A stretch of DNA of 54,537 nt, filler included, from Bipalium vagum (taxonomy: Eukaryota): assembly GCA_037834085.1 (NCBI GenBank). It is 3 parts of 3 records of this genome, joined end to end, with 100 filler letters (N's around TTAATTAATTAA, not from the genome) between each part and the next. Parts side by side here need not be neighbours in the genome. Positions count along the whole stretch, not along the records: positions 1 to 15,573 come from JBBMKC010158983.1; 2 more parts are not named here. One strand, written 5' to 3'. Of this stretch, positions 1 to 11,056 are shown in pieces. The notes below the pieces were generated by a model, which worked only from the letters and a program-made list of their open reading frames with translations, was not told the DNA's origin and ran no database searches. Made by a program: the position numbers and the translations under genes. Positions within the stretch are counted from its first letter, which is position 1. The number at the start of each line of letters is the position of its first letter.

Positions 1-66
1 TTATTGTTATTTTATTATTATTCTGATTATTATTATTATAATTTTATTAGTATTATGATTATTATG

Positions 67-104
<38 letters not shown>

Positions 105-137
105 GATTATTGCTGTTATTATTATTACTATTATTAT
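1..137. repeat. Degenerate (ATT)n microsatellite
   Basis: Seen directly; produces the spurious poly-I/poly-N ORFs 4..219 and 7..204. Confidence 0.95.
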
Positions 138-249
138 TTTTTTTGTCATGAGTCAATTGAAACAGATGAGTGTCAATGAAATTATCAAAAATCGAATGCT
201 TCATTTTTGTCCATGGTGAGCTGATGAATTTCCATGATGAAAATCAATT

Positions 250-433
250 TTACAAACAAAACTTTTTAATATTAATCTGGCTGCATAATTTACATTTGAC
301 GACAAATCCCTCCTCCAACTTGCATTTACATTGAACAGATTCCGTCTCGATGACCTCTCTGTAACCCCTTCCGCAGCACATATTGCTGCAGTGGTTCGTC
401 TCCGACAAAGTGACGTTGACGGTTTCACATATT
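250..433 (-). CDS. wnt: Wnt ligand (Wnt11-like, divergent), last coding exon
   Basis: Minus strand: acceptor ctaatttcag|A, then (R)ICETVNVTLSETNHCSNMCCGRGYREVIETESVQCKCKLEEGFVVKCKLCSQINIKKFCL*. Contains the Wnt C..MCCGRGY motif and C-terminal Cys pattern. Phase 2 matches the upstream exon (AG|A = Arg). Confidence 0.93.
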
Positions 434-1105
434 CTGAAATTAGGGAATTTTAATAATGAAACACTTCGCCAAAAGAATTTCATAAAAACTTCCATAATAT
501 CTTTGTTTAGTATTAGTGTCATGGTTAACGTAATATTTCCACTAAAATATCTTTCTAACTTATTCTATATATTGAAATTATTCACTTAATTCAAGAAAAG
601 AACTCAGAAAAGACGATCAACATTACCAATCGTAAAACTTAGGGGTAGAAACAAACCAAGTCCAAAAATTACGCAAATGAAAAAAACTGCAGAAAATGAT
701 CACTTTTGCAGTTTGGCTTCTCAGAAAATATATGTTAAATATTTTATGAAATATTACTTTTATTTTTATCAAAGGACGTTCTCGAATTCGGTTCCACAGT
801 CTCAAGTGTGAAACTACTTCAACTGACTCTTGGAAATTACTTTGCAAATCAAACCTCAGAGATTTCATAAATAAACCAAAATTTCCCAATCAGAAAAATT
901 TTCGTTATCAAAATCCTAATACTACCTGATAAGCCGAAGGATAAAATCATCCAAAATCCCAGGGATGTCGTTTATTAGGCTATAAAACTGTTATCTTAGA
1001 AAACACCGAATGATTTACCCTACACTAAAACAACGCAGTATTTATTTTTTAATTGATGTTAATTAAACTTTTTATTACATATTTTTTTTAATATAATATA
1101 ATATA

Positions 1106-2768
1106 TTGGGTTGATGCATATATTCTGTCGCCTTGTTTAAATTTATTAAATACATAAAAAGCAAATTAATAAATTTTAAAAATAATTGATATTAATATTG
1201 AATCGATATGACACTTCAATAAATATTTAATTTCCTAAATTTATTGATTAAAAATAATTGTAATTTAGCTAATGAAAATGGAGTGCAGATTGAAAAAATG
1301 AACATTTCCGCAATATTTTACTATTTTATTTTAATCAAGAATTAAATGCTGATGAGTCCACTAGAAACATAATTTCCGTTTATAGGAAATCAGCAATTAG
1401 CAGAAGAACGGTACAAAGTTTGTTTTATAAATTCAAAAACAACAATTTTAACATGTGTGATAAAACGCATTCTGGAAGAAAAATAGACTTCGATGAAGAC
1501 GCTCTCAATATATTTTTACTTAAAATTCTCGTCAAACGACTCGCGAATTGACCAATCAAATAGATGTTGTTGACCAAGCAAGACTTGTCCGGCATTTGGA
1601 TAAATTAGGAAGATTCAGAAAATAGATTCATGAGTCCAACATCATCCGAAGCATAACCACAAACCTCAGAACGTTGTCATTAGTATCTCATTGCTTTCAC
1701 GTCATCGTCTTGTGTTGCAACAACATCAACATTTTTTATTGCATATTATAACCTGTGATGAAAAATGGTACCTTTTATTAATTAAAAACAAAGGAAAGAA
1801 TGGTTTTGTGGAGATCAGCAACCAATATTGCGGACAAAATCAGACCTTCATCTCCGAAATAGAATATTTAGGGTTTTGTGGGACCAAAAAGGAGTCAATA
1901 CTTATGAATTACTTAAGAAAAACATATCAATAACCTCCAACATGTATAACAAACAATTGATACTATTAATAGCATTAATTTGTGATCAACTGTCTGAAAG
2001 TCAGCATCAAGTGATTTCGCTGCATAACAATGCTTAAACGGATAAAATCAATCATTGAGAAACTCGGTTGGGAAATTCTACCTCATCCGGCATATTCGCA
2101 TGACTTTGCACAAACAGACTTTCATCTCAACCGATCCTTGTCAAACAGTATAAATGGAATTTCCCTTGAAGATGATGTAAAACTAAAAAAGTGGCTCGAC
2201 GAATTGTGCTTAAAAAATGTGGATATTTTTAAACGAGGAAATGAAAAGCTACCTTGTCGTTGGGAAGAGGTCATAAACAATGGAGGAGAATTTAAAACTA
2301 ATTAATAACTGATTAACCTGCTCACATATTTAAAGTTTCAATGGAAAAAGTTAAAAAGTTACACTGAATTAGTTCTACACTCAACTTATTCTCCAGATCT
2401 GGTCTGGTCAAATTTTTTTCTGTTAATAAATATGAAAACAAAAAAATATCTTGCTGGACAAAGATTTTCGTCAAATAGTGAGATGATTTCCTCTGTAGCT
2501 GGCTATTTTGCGGAACTCGACAAATTGGTCTACAACAAGGGACCAAAGAATTTGAGAAACGTTTAATGAAGGGTAATCAGCTTGTAGGAGACTACGTTGG
2601 AAAATAAGTTGTTTTTATAGTTTGATTTTTTTGTTTTCATATTATTCACAGAACTTTTCAACCCACCCTTCTATCTTTGTTATTATTATAAACCTTTTGT
2701 ACTTGAATATAGTGGATTGGTTTATATACTTATTATATTGAGAGCGACAGAATATATGCATCAATAAT
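1106..2768 (+). mobile_element. Degenerate mariner (cecropia-like) with both TIRs
   Basis: 21-bp perfect inverted match TTGATGCATATATTCTGTCGC (1111-1131) / GCGACAGAATATATGCATCAA (2744-2764). Frameshifted transposase ~1272-2305 with NEHFRNILLF, ITCDEKW, LHNNA, LGWEILPHPAYSHDFAQTDFHL and LPCRWEEVINNGGE. Confidence 0.9.
2310..2672 (+). mobile_element. 3' fragment of a second (irritans-like) mariner nested in the first
   Basis: Plus-strand translation HSTYSPDLV...KYLAGQRFSSNSEMISSVAGYFAELDK...GDYVGK*, followed by a TIR-like end GAACTTTTCAACCCACCCTTC-TA. Confidence 0.75.
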
Positions 2769-4872
2769 ATAATATAATATAATATAATATATAATTTTAA
2801 AAGTAATAAAGAATATTATAAATATCATTTTTTGTTAATTAAAAAACATTATCACTTTGTTAATCTCGTTTCTTTCGGAAAAAGAAAACAAATTTCATAT
2901 TTTATGTTTTATGTTTTATTCTACTTCAACCGATATATACAGGGCTTTAGATAATTCTGAAATAAAAATCGGGAAAGATAACCCATTCAACGATCACCAC
3001 AAAAAATAAAATAATTAAAAACAAATTTTAACAAAGGAAAACATTACAAAACCGTTGAGTAAAAGACAAAAAGAAATTTCTTAATTTCCATAGAAATAAG
3101 AAAAATTATTCCATAAAATAAATTACAATATTAATTAAATTAATAATAAAATTCGATTACCGTTGACTTGGCAATGAACTCGGTTGAACGTAGGAATTTT
3201 TTGTTTAAATTAATTTCCCTACTGTAATAAAAATTTGCAAAAACTTTTGTGATGATTTTTTTCAACATAATTATGCGGAAAATTTTGTGAAAATAATATT
3301 TACGAATAAAATATTTAAACGTTTTTTGTTAGTAAATGTTTGTTTAAGACTTATTTGTAATTAAATTGTCAAAATATTCCACTTGCATCCAATATAAACA
3401 AACCATTTTTCATAATAAACAAGAAATTTTCCACTTTTTCCTTGATAGGCGGTTTTTCCGAGTCGTTTGATGTATAATGATTTTTTAATTAAACCGTCGG
3501 CTTTCCATTCAACATTTCTCAGTTCGTCAATAACAAAGTCTTCAATATTGGTTTGGAATTATCATTTTTACGAAAAAACCCACAACACTTCATTTTCAAT
3601 AGTTTTTTTTAACATAATTTATATGGATTTATTTTACTTCCATTTCTGTCGATTTTGTTTGTATTGACAATTTTTTACCATTTTCGTAAACAATTTCTGC
3701 CGGCACTATTGTATATTTTATTTATTTATTCTATTTAAAATATTTTAATTTTCTCCACATTTAATTGTTCAAAATATTATTTTAAATATATATAAAATTA
3801 TTATAAAATAATACATTTCATTTAATTAATCATCTTTTAATATTTTTAACTATTAATTAAAACTCCTTAATAGTAATTAACATTCTTTAAGAGTAAAAAC
3901 TCATGGTTTTCGTTACATAATTTTATACATTGCCTAAAATCAGCCTTATTAAAATAATTTGAAAATTAAAAATATATTTATATTATATTATTTATTATAT
4001 AATTATATATAATTATATAATATTATTTATTTTTATTATTTATATTATGTATATTATGTATATTATTTATTATTGGTATCTAAAATAATTAAATAATTTC
4101 ACAAACATAAACAGGTCACTGTGGGCTGTGTTGTTTTAAGTACATATTTGGTTATGTGCAAAATAATTAGTGAAGAAAATCAGACCTGGTTAAAATGTCA
4201 GTCTTTTAAAATTAATTAAAATTAATTTAATTTAATTTTAAAAAGATATAATTAATTAATTAAACAAGAATAAATCATAGGAATTAAATAAGAAAAATCC
4301 TAACAATTTTTCAATTATTTTATTATTTTATTATAATTTTTCTAAATAATTTTTGCCTAAGAATACCATTTAAAAACTTTTGCACCGACCTCGCAGATTT
4401 TGATCAAAGAAACTCCTGATTTGCATAACTCCGTTGATTTGAGAATATAGAGAACCTTCAGATTGAAAATCTTTTTGCTAATTATCTTTCGACTTAAGAA
4501 ATGGAAGTTTTTTCTTAAGTTCTTCGATAGTAAACATTAGAATAATAATTCGAGTGCTGCACCAGTTTGTTTAAATTAAAAGCAAGAATTTCTTTTATTC
4601 AAGCCTCCTAGAACTTTTGATGACTTTCATGAAAAGTTCTTCCTTTTCTCAAAATGTATTTGTTTATTTTATTCTTTCAATTTCCAACATTGATCTGTAC
4701 ATATCATTTATTGATAATTTAAGTAAACCGTGTTGTTTAATTAAAGGTACTTAAACAAATAAAAAAAGTTATTTAAGATTTTTTTTCCAAAGTTTATCCA
4801 TGTAAAATAAGAAATATAAAACAAATAATAATTATTATTATATAATATTTAAAATATACGTAACAACATTAC

Positions 4873-5042
4873 CTTCCTTGGGTGCCTAAAGACCCTGCTT
4901 GTGAATCTGGCTCGCAATAATCAGACGAGTGTTCGATAAATGCTAATTGTGAAGGTTTTATGGGTTCTGATACTGAGCCTGATCCTACATATTGAGTAGA
5001 ATAAAACTTGTCATCTTCTGAGAGAGAAACATGTTTTGCTTT
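4873..5042 (-). CDS. wnt: Wnt ligand, penultimate exon
   Basis: ttatttag|AAA...GGAAG|gtaatg, 170 bp. Encodes KAKHVSLSEDDKFYSTQYVGSGSVSEPIKPSQLAFIEHSSDYCEPDSQAGSLGTQG(R), matching the Wnt L.Y...SPDYC...GS.GT.GR motif. Phase 0 start, phase 2 end. Missed by the ORF track. Confidence 0.93.
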
Positions 5043-5079
5043 CTAAATAATGTAATTGACAATTATAAAACTTTTACTT

Positions 5080-5760
5080 CATACGATGAAAACTTTGAAC
5101 TTAATTTATGCCTATTATATTACCACTTTTGACAAATGTGTCCCACTATTCAATTATTAAATAAAAATATTGGAGAAAGGAAATTGTCGATTATTACAAG
5201 AGATATTTGATATTCTAAATTTTCTACCTCTGAGAGCTTTAAGTAATAAGAAACGGGTTGAAAATTTTCAAACTTATCAGACATAAAAGGTTAAAATGTA
5301 TAAAAAATTATTATATTATTTTAATATTTCTAGCAAAATGTTGTGATAATTTGCATCTTCGAACCTTGTAATTACCTGTTACATGATGAGAAACAAACCT
5401 TGCTTGGATTCACTTTAATAACAGTTTTTCAGATGCGATCTGGTATACCAAAATTATACTAATTTAATAATTTATATTAGTAACAGCAGAGATTCCTCTA
5501 ATGGACAACGTGTAATCATTCTCAACTTTGTCACATTTTCATTGGATGTGTGAGTCCGTGTTCTCCCTGAGCCTTGAGGCTATTTTACGCTCGTTATTTC
5601 TTTATTTGCTTGATAATGTCATCAATTTGCCTTAAACTCTATTTCTCTACCAACATTCAGCTGATAAATTTTCATCAAAAGATATCGTTCATAATTAACA
5701 CTGTGACAAAGAAATTAATATTTCCACCGGTTGGGTCCATTATTATATTAAAATTTATGA
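5080..5760 (-). mobile_element. Highly decayed, internally deleted mariner
   Basis: Minus-strand fragments GSGRTRTHTSNENV and QARFVSHHVT (SGRP and WVPH-like mariner motifs). Boundaries approximate. Confidence 0.5.
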
Positions 5761-6799
5761 TAATGACAATTTGAATAATTGATTTAATAAAACATAATTT
5801 TGATTCGTCTATTATGAATTATTTTATTGATTTTATTTCAAAAATTCTTCAAACACGCGGATTTTGAAACCACTGATATTAATACAATAAATATATAATA
5901 GATGATGATGAGAAGAAAAAAATTATTATTATTTTAGTTTTATAAAATATAATAAGTTGATAATAAAAATAAATAATAAAATAACAAATAAATTGGATTT
6001 TATATATTCTATCTGTTGAATAAAACTAAAATTAGGATAAAAAAAACGTTTATTTAAAATTGAATTTATTAATAAAAAAGGAAATGAGATATTTGATACC
6101 CATATCAATTTTGAAAATTTTAAAAATCCTAAAATATTATTTCTATCCATAATATTATTTTATTTTATTTCGTGATTAATAATTTTAAACTAATTAATTT
6201 TTGAATCCAAGAAACCGCAACATAATTATGGTCCATGGTGTTACATCGAATCATACGTAATGCTAACCACTAATAAAGATGACTTAGAAAGGTTCAAGAT
6301 ATTATGGAGATGTGATAAATGGAAAATGTTATATTAGAAAGAGAAATAAAAGGAGAAATATTCTCTTGGAATCGGATTACGAAATGTTATATAAAAGCTG
6401 AAATTAAAATGATAAATAATAATTTCAGTTCACTTTCAATATAAAGTATTACAGCATATTTTGTGAAATCATATTAAATCATACCGAAAAAATGATAAAA
6501 TGTTCCATTTTGTATCGAAATTGTCACCGAAAATGGATAAAAAATTCGTTTTTCCAAATTACACAATTATCCTGATGAATGTAAATTAAATTAATAATTT
6601 CCATCCATTAAAACTTTTCTTTCTGAGTAATTTATTTATATTCTTAGATATGAATTTGGATAAATTTCCATTTAGACCAACTTCATTTCCGATCTTTCTG
6701 TTGAGATTTTAAAGTCAATTATTCCATGATTGTATAAAACGGTTTCCTTCGACAAAATAAATCACCATTCCCTGATGAAAATGGAACTTTTCGACAAAT

Positions 6800-7430
6800 A
6801 TATCGAATTCTTGGGCTTCAAATTAATTATTATTCGAATTGTAAAACACTATCGATCACCCATACCTTTCAACCCTTTTAACTTTTGGAATGGATTGAAA
6901 TTGGTATAATTTCTTTAGGAGGTTCACTACTCAAATTTCCCTAATTGTATTTTTTGATATATCCATTTAAGGAAAAGGTTGCTTCATGAGTGAAAAATAA
7001 GTTTTTTAAGAAAAGATGGATTAATATCGACTTCATAAATTAAACTTTCGCACATTACGATTCTTTCAGAAGTCATTTAGGTTATGAATAATTTGGATCT
7101 TTTATGTGTAAAGTTGAAGATCTTCTCGTACGATGTATAGCTTTAAAACAGCATCCAACTTCCATGGCAGCGGCTCTTAAAGATTTCTCGAGTGCTTTGT
7201 CATAAACTGGTCTCGCATATTTTTTTCATCCTCAATTGATGATCTCCCAGACATCCAAAGATTACAAACACTTCCAGTCTCTTTGGATTTTGCAAATATC
7301 TTTCTCGTGGCCCTTCCTGTAGATATATTTTTTCAATTCAAGTATTCTAAAAGCACTATGACTTATGTGACTGATTCTATCTTAGCTATCATTAAAACAA
7401 TTTGCAGTCTTTATTCAATGGAGAGCATTA
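6800..7430 (-). mobile_element. Decayed Tc1/mariner-superfamily transposase (DUF4817-HTH / rosa-like type)
   Basis: Minus: MLSIE*RLQIVLMIAKIESVT..., IFAKSKETGSVCNLWMSGRSS, FLKNLFFTHEATFSLNGY (FSDEA.F.LNG.V-like). Confidence 0.6.
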
Positions 7431-7599
7431 TTAAAATTTGAATTTACTGCAATTAAATTTGATAACATCGAATTATTAAAACAATAAAACACTTACAAAA
7501 GTTTCAGAAATTCTGTTTCTTAGAAAAATGTAAATTGAATGTATTTAATATTTTTCTGAGCTCCAAAATTTGATACTGGCTTGAAATGGAAGAATGTGA

Positions 7600-8645
7600 A
7601 AAAACATCGAAATCACATTTATTAATCAAAATAAATTCCTTGTCATGCAATACAATTAGTCCAATTCTTCTAAATTAATTCAACTCCACGCTTAAAGTGC
7701 GTGTTCAGAAGTTCTCAAATTTAATGTTTTGCAGATGCTATATCTTCTTCATTTTTCTATAGAAAACCTTCTATGAAGGAATTTTTAAAGATTTCGGAAA
7801 AAATAAATGACACTGAAACCAAATCTGGAGAATATGGTAAATATTTAATCGATTCGTGATTTAGTTTGTTCAGCTTTACCATCACCAATACACTTTTATG
7901 CTGGTACCTTGTTCTGATGAAGAGTGATTTGTAACTTCTTAAGCCTAAGTTTCTTATAAAAATATTTTCATCTAATTGGTCTATTAGGCTAAGGTAATAA
8001 TTGAAGTTTATTTTCTTATTCCTTCTATCATCAAAATATCTTTCACATCCCGGTAAACGGTTATCGTAGCCTTTTCCATTAAAATTTTTTTCTTTAACTG
8101 CTTCGTAGTAGAACATCCAGTTTCTTTCCATTGCAAATGTTCCCTGTCTCATGAACGGGACATGAAATCAGTTTTATTCTGCATAAAAATTATTATCACT
8201 CGGGAAATTTGTTTCTGTAGGCAGTTTTCTTGTATTGCTAGACATGCAGCATTAATTATAAAAAATGTATTGTATGTGAAATTTTTTTTCAAAATATGGC
8301 TTTCATCTTTCCTTTATATGAACTCTTTCGCTGATAATTACCTGGTGTTCCACCAACAATTTTGAGACAGCGGCCGCGTGGGTTGATTTACGAATATTTT
8401 GAATGAAGCTACCAATTTTCTTAATTTGGCATGTAATGGAGTCCATTCACCCAACACATTTACCATACCTGTACCAATTTTTTGTTAATTCCTTTTTACA
8501 CATGTACTCAATAACTGCGCAATTGTTCAAATTTTAAGTCTAGAACCGTAAACAAGTTACCATTCATTTAAGCCGATATTTAATTTAGAGATTTATTTCT
8601 AATTTGCATTTGAAAGGTGGAGAATTTTACTAAGCAAAGCTCATT
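7600..8645 (-). mobile_element. Decayed mariner (irritans-like)
   Basis: ORF 7757-8152 contains HKSVLVMVKLNKLNHESIKYLPYSPDLV. Upstream frameshifted HTH/linker segments; TIR-like end near 8620-8645. Confidence 0.75.
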
Positions 8646-8938
8646 TCTTATAATAATGCCATTATATATAATTAGGACTTTCACGTTAAATGATAGTAAA
8701 ATATTTATATAGTCCTTTCCTAATTTAATTTTATGATTAACAATGTAAAGAAAATAATAATAATTTCTTAGGAATTATTTTTGAATAATTTACAAATATT
8801 CTGTAATAAATTCTGTTTCAGTCAAAGTAAATCTTTGAATATTTATCGAAATTTGGAAGTAATATGATAAAATAAAATATTTATGTTAGGCAGTACAATT
8901 TATTTGAAATTGTTTCATTAAAAAATAATGGTAATTAC

Positions 8939-9073
8939 TAAATAATAATCTTTAATGGATTTGAGAAGCTCTTCATCATCAAGTCGACGTAATTGTCGAA
9001 AACATATTTTATGTGTACAGCTTCCACTAACTCCGTGACACTTGCAACGGGATTTCCAGCTATTCTTCATTAT
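8939..9073 (-). CDS. wnt: Wnt ligand, exon carrying the Wnt signature / lipidation serine
   Basis: tatttag|ATA...TTA|gtaatt, 135 bp = 45 codons: IMKNSWKSRCKCHGVSGSCTHKICFRQLRRLDDEELLKSIKDYYL. CKCHGVSGSC is the Wnt family signature. Phase 0/0. Confidence 0.96.
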
Positions 9074-9152
9074 CTAAATAAAAATATTATTTCTAAAGAA
9101 TTAGGTTCACATTTCTGATGAAATTTTTTTTACGAATTATTACTTTTCTTTA

Positions 9153-9195
<43 letters not shown>

Positions 9196-10089
9196 TGTAT
9201 TTTTAATATTATTAAATATCAGAATATTTAATGAGACTGAGTTTTCTTATAGCATCAGTTTTTCAGGGTCTGGAAAGGTTCTGGAATAATTGATCAATCA
9301 TGATTCTTGAAATTCATAATTCTGTTGAAAGGATAAATTTCACTTGATTGCATTTATTTTCATTTAAAAAATATTTTTTTCAATTTCTTAATTAAAAACA
9401 TCCTTAATACTCAAAATAATTTTCAGAAAATATATTCATAATTCCATAGTAAACATCGGACTATTTTTAGTTTACTTGTGGCATAAACTCTGGATGAGAA
9501 GGAATTGTTTTCAGAATGATTATTTCATAATTTCAGGGAGAAAGTTTCATAAAGTGCACTAGGTATTATTATACCCTAGGATGGGGTTTGGTGGCGGTTT
9601 CAGTCACAATATCACAGGTTAATGACAGGAAATAACAACTCTACATCTCATCAAATTCAGCTGATTTTATCATAACCAAAGAAAGAATGTTTATTAAAGC
9701 TCGATAAAAAATAATTTTAGAAAAATTTTAAAAATAATTTATAATACATAAATAATGTTTGTTTCACCCTCCATTATTCACTTTATCCTATTTGCTGACA
9801 ATAATTAAAGATTAAAATAATTATTTATTAATAAACCTAAATTAATTAATCATTTTTTAATTTTTCTATTTGACCAGAAATTATTAAACTTTCTCAATAC
9901 AAAAAATGGGCAAATGTCCCTGAAAATGTGTCATCAAAGCAGATTGTTTGGGACTCATTGATCCAAAGTTCTCTCCTATCCAAAGTACTGGGAAGATTAA
10001 AGATTTTATTATAAAAATTATATTTTTAAAAATTTTTCGGGTCTATTTTGATTTAACTATCGTATTTTCTGACTATTTTGCTGACGATC

Positions 10090-10330
10090 CGATATCCGAG
10101 CACATCCCTGTCAATCCCATCTACTAATTGATGCTGAAATCGAGAACCATTCATCAGATGGCTAGCGATTTTGATGACTGTTAATGACACTATGTTACGT
10201 GAGCACAAAATCTGGCACCAATACCAATGGGATTTTCTATCTACCATACTGGGAATATCAACCTTCGCCAACTCTAGTCTCAGTCATATGATCCAACTGC
10301 CCATGGTATCAAAGGCCGTAGAATTGCTTG
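10090..10330 (-). mobile_element. Possible decayed non-LTR retrotransposon RT fragment
   Basis: Minus-strand AFDT followed ~200 nt later by GGGATT-GACAGGGATGT (GI[R]QGC with a 1-nt loss). Order and spacing resemble LINE RT motifs KAFD and GV.QG; GC-richer than flanks. Confidence 0.35.
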
Positions 10331-11056
10331 AGCTATCATGCCATATGCTAGTCGTTCTGACAGGTGATAAGGGAATCGCTAAATAGAATGCCAAGGTTTC
10401 CAGATACGAAAAATAAATTAAATTTCAACCGATCGATGTACACTCTTCAGAGTATTAATATACATTATATTATATTTGCTCCAGTGGGGCTTAAAGTTGA
10501 AAAATTCTTATCTAATTTAAATCTAAATGATGACAGTAGAATTATTTTCACGAATACCAGTAAGATGTGGCTCCTTATCTTAATGGTTGATGACACAAGC
10601 AAAAAAGAAACGCTATATATTTTTCTATTAGACTGATCACAGAAATTGGTTATTTATCTAAGATTTAAAAAATCACTTTTTTGTTTTCGCAACTTAATTT
10701 CCTAATCAATTTGATAATACATGTTTCTTAATAAAGCTCAAGGAGACATAAATTGATCTAACTTGTAGTCGGAACTTCACAAACGTCTCCATCTAATACT
10801 AACCCTGTTTTGGAAGAAGATTTTTAGGTTTTTTCTTCTGTTTCTCATTTGATATTGGTGAACAACCAGTTCTTAGCTTATCCTCAGATTTGGAATCCTT
10901 TGATAACCTGATAAATATTATTGTTGGTGGAACATCTTCTGCTTGAAAATGTTTAACATATGATTTATTCATTTTTCAAGTAGAAAATATTATTTTTTTT
11001 AGAAATACCTTTCATTTTCTCTCAGTTATTCTGTGAACTCATGTCTCTGACATATA

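Noticed and set aside
4-219. Poly-Ile / poly-Asn ORFs
   Set aside because: Translations of the (ATT)n microsatellite downstream of the Wnt stop codon.
9960-9995. TCTCCTATCCAAAGTACT resembling the reverse complement of the 5S rRNA internal promoter
   Set aside because: Match is short and gapped, and the flanks do not continue as 5S.
10480-10960. Possible Gypsy RNase H/integrase relic (TDHRN-like)
   Set aside because: Only one weak motif; too decayed to support a call.
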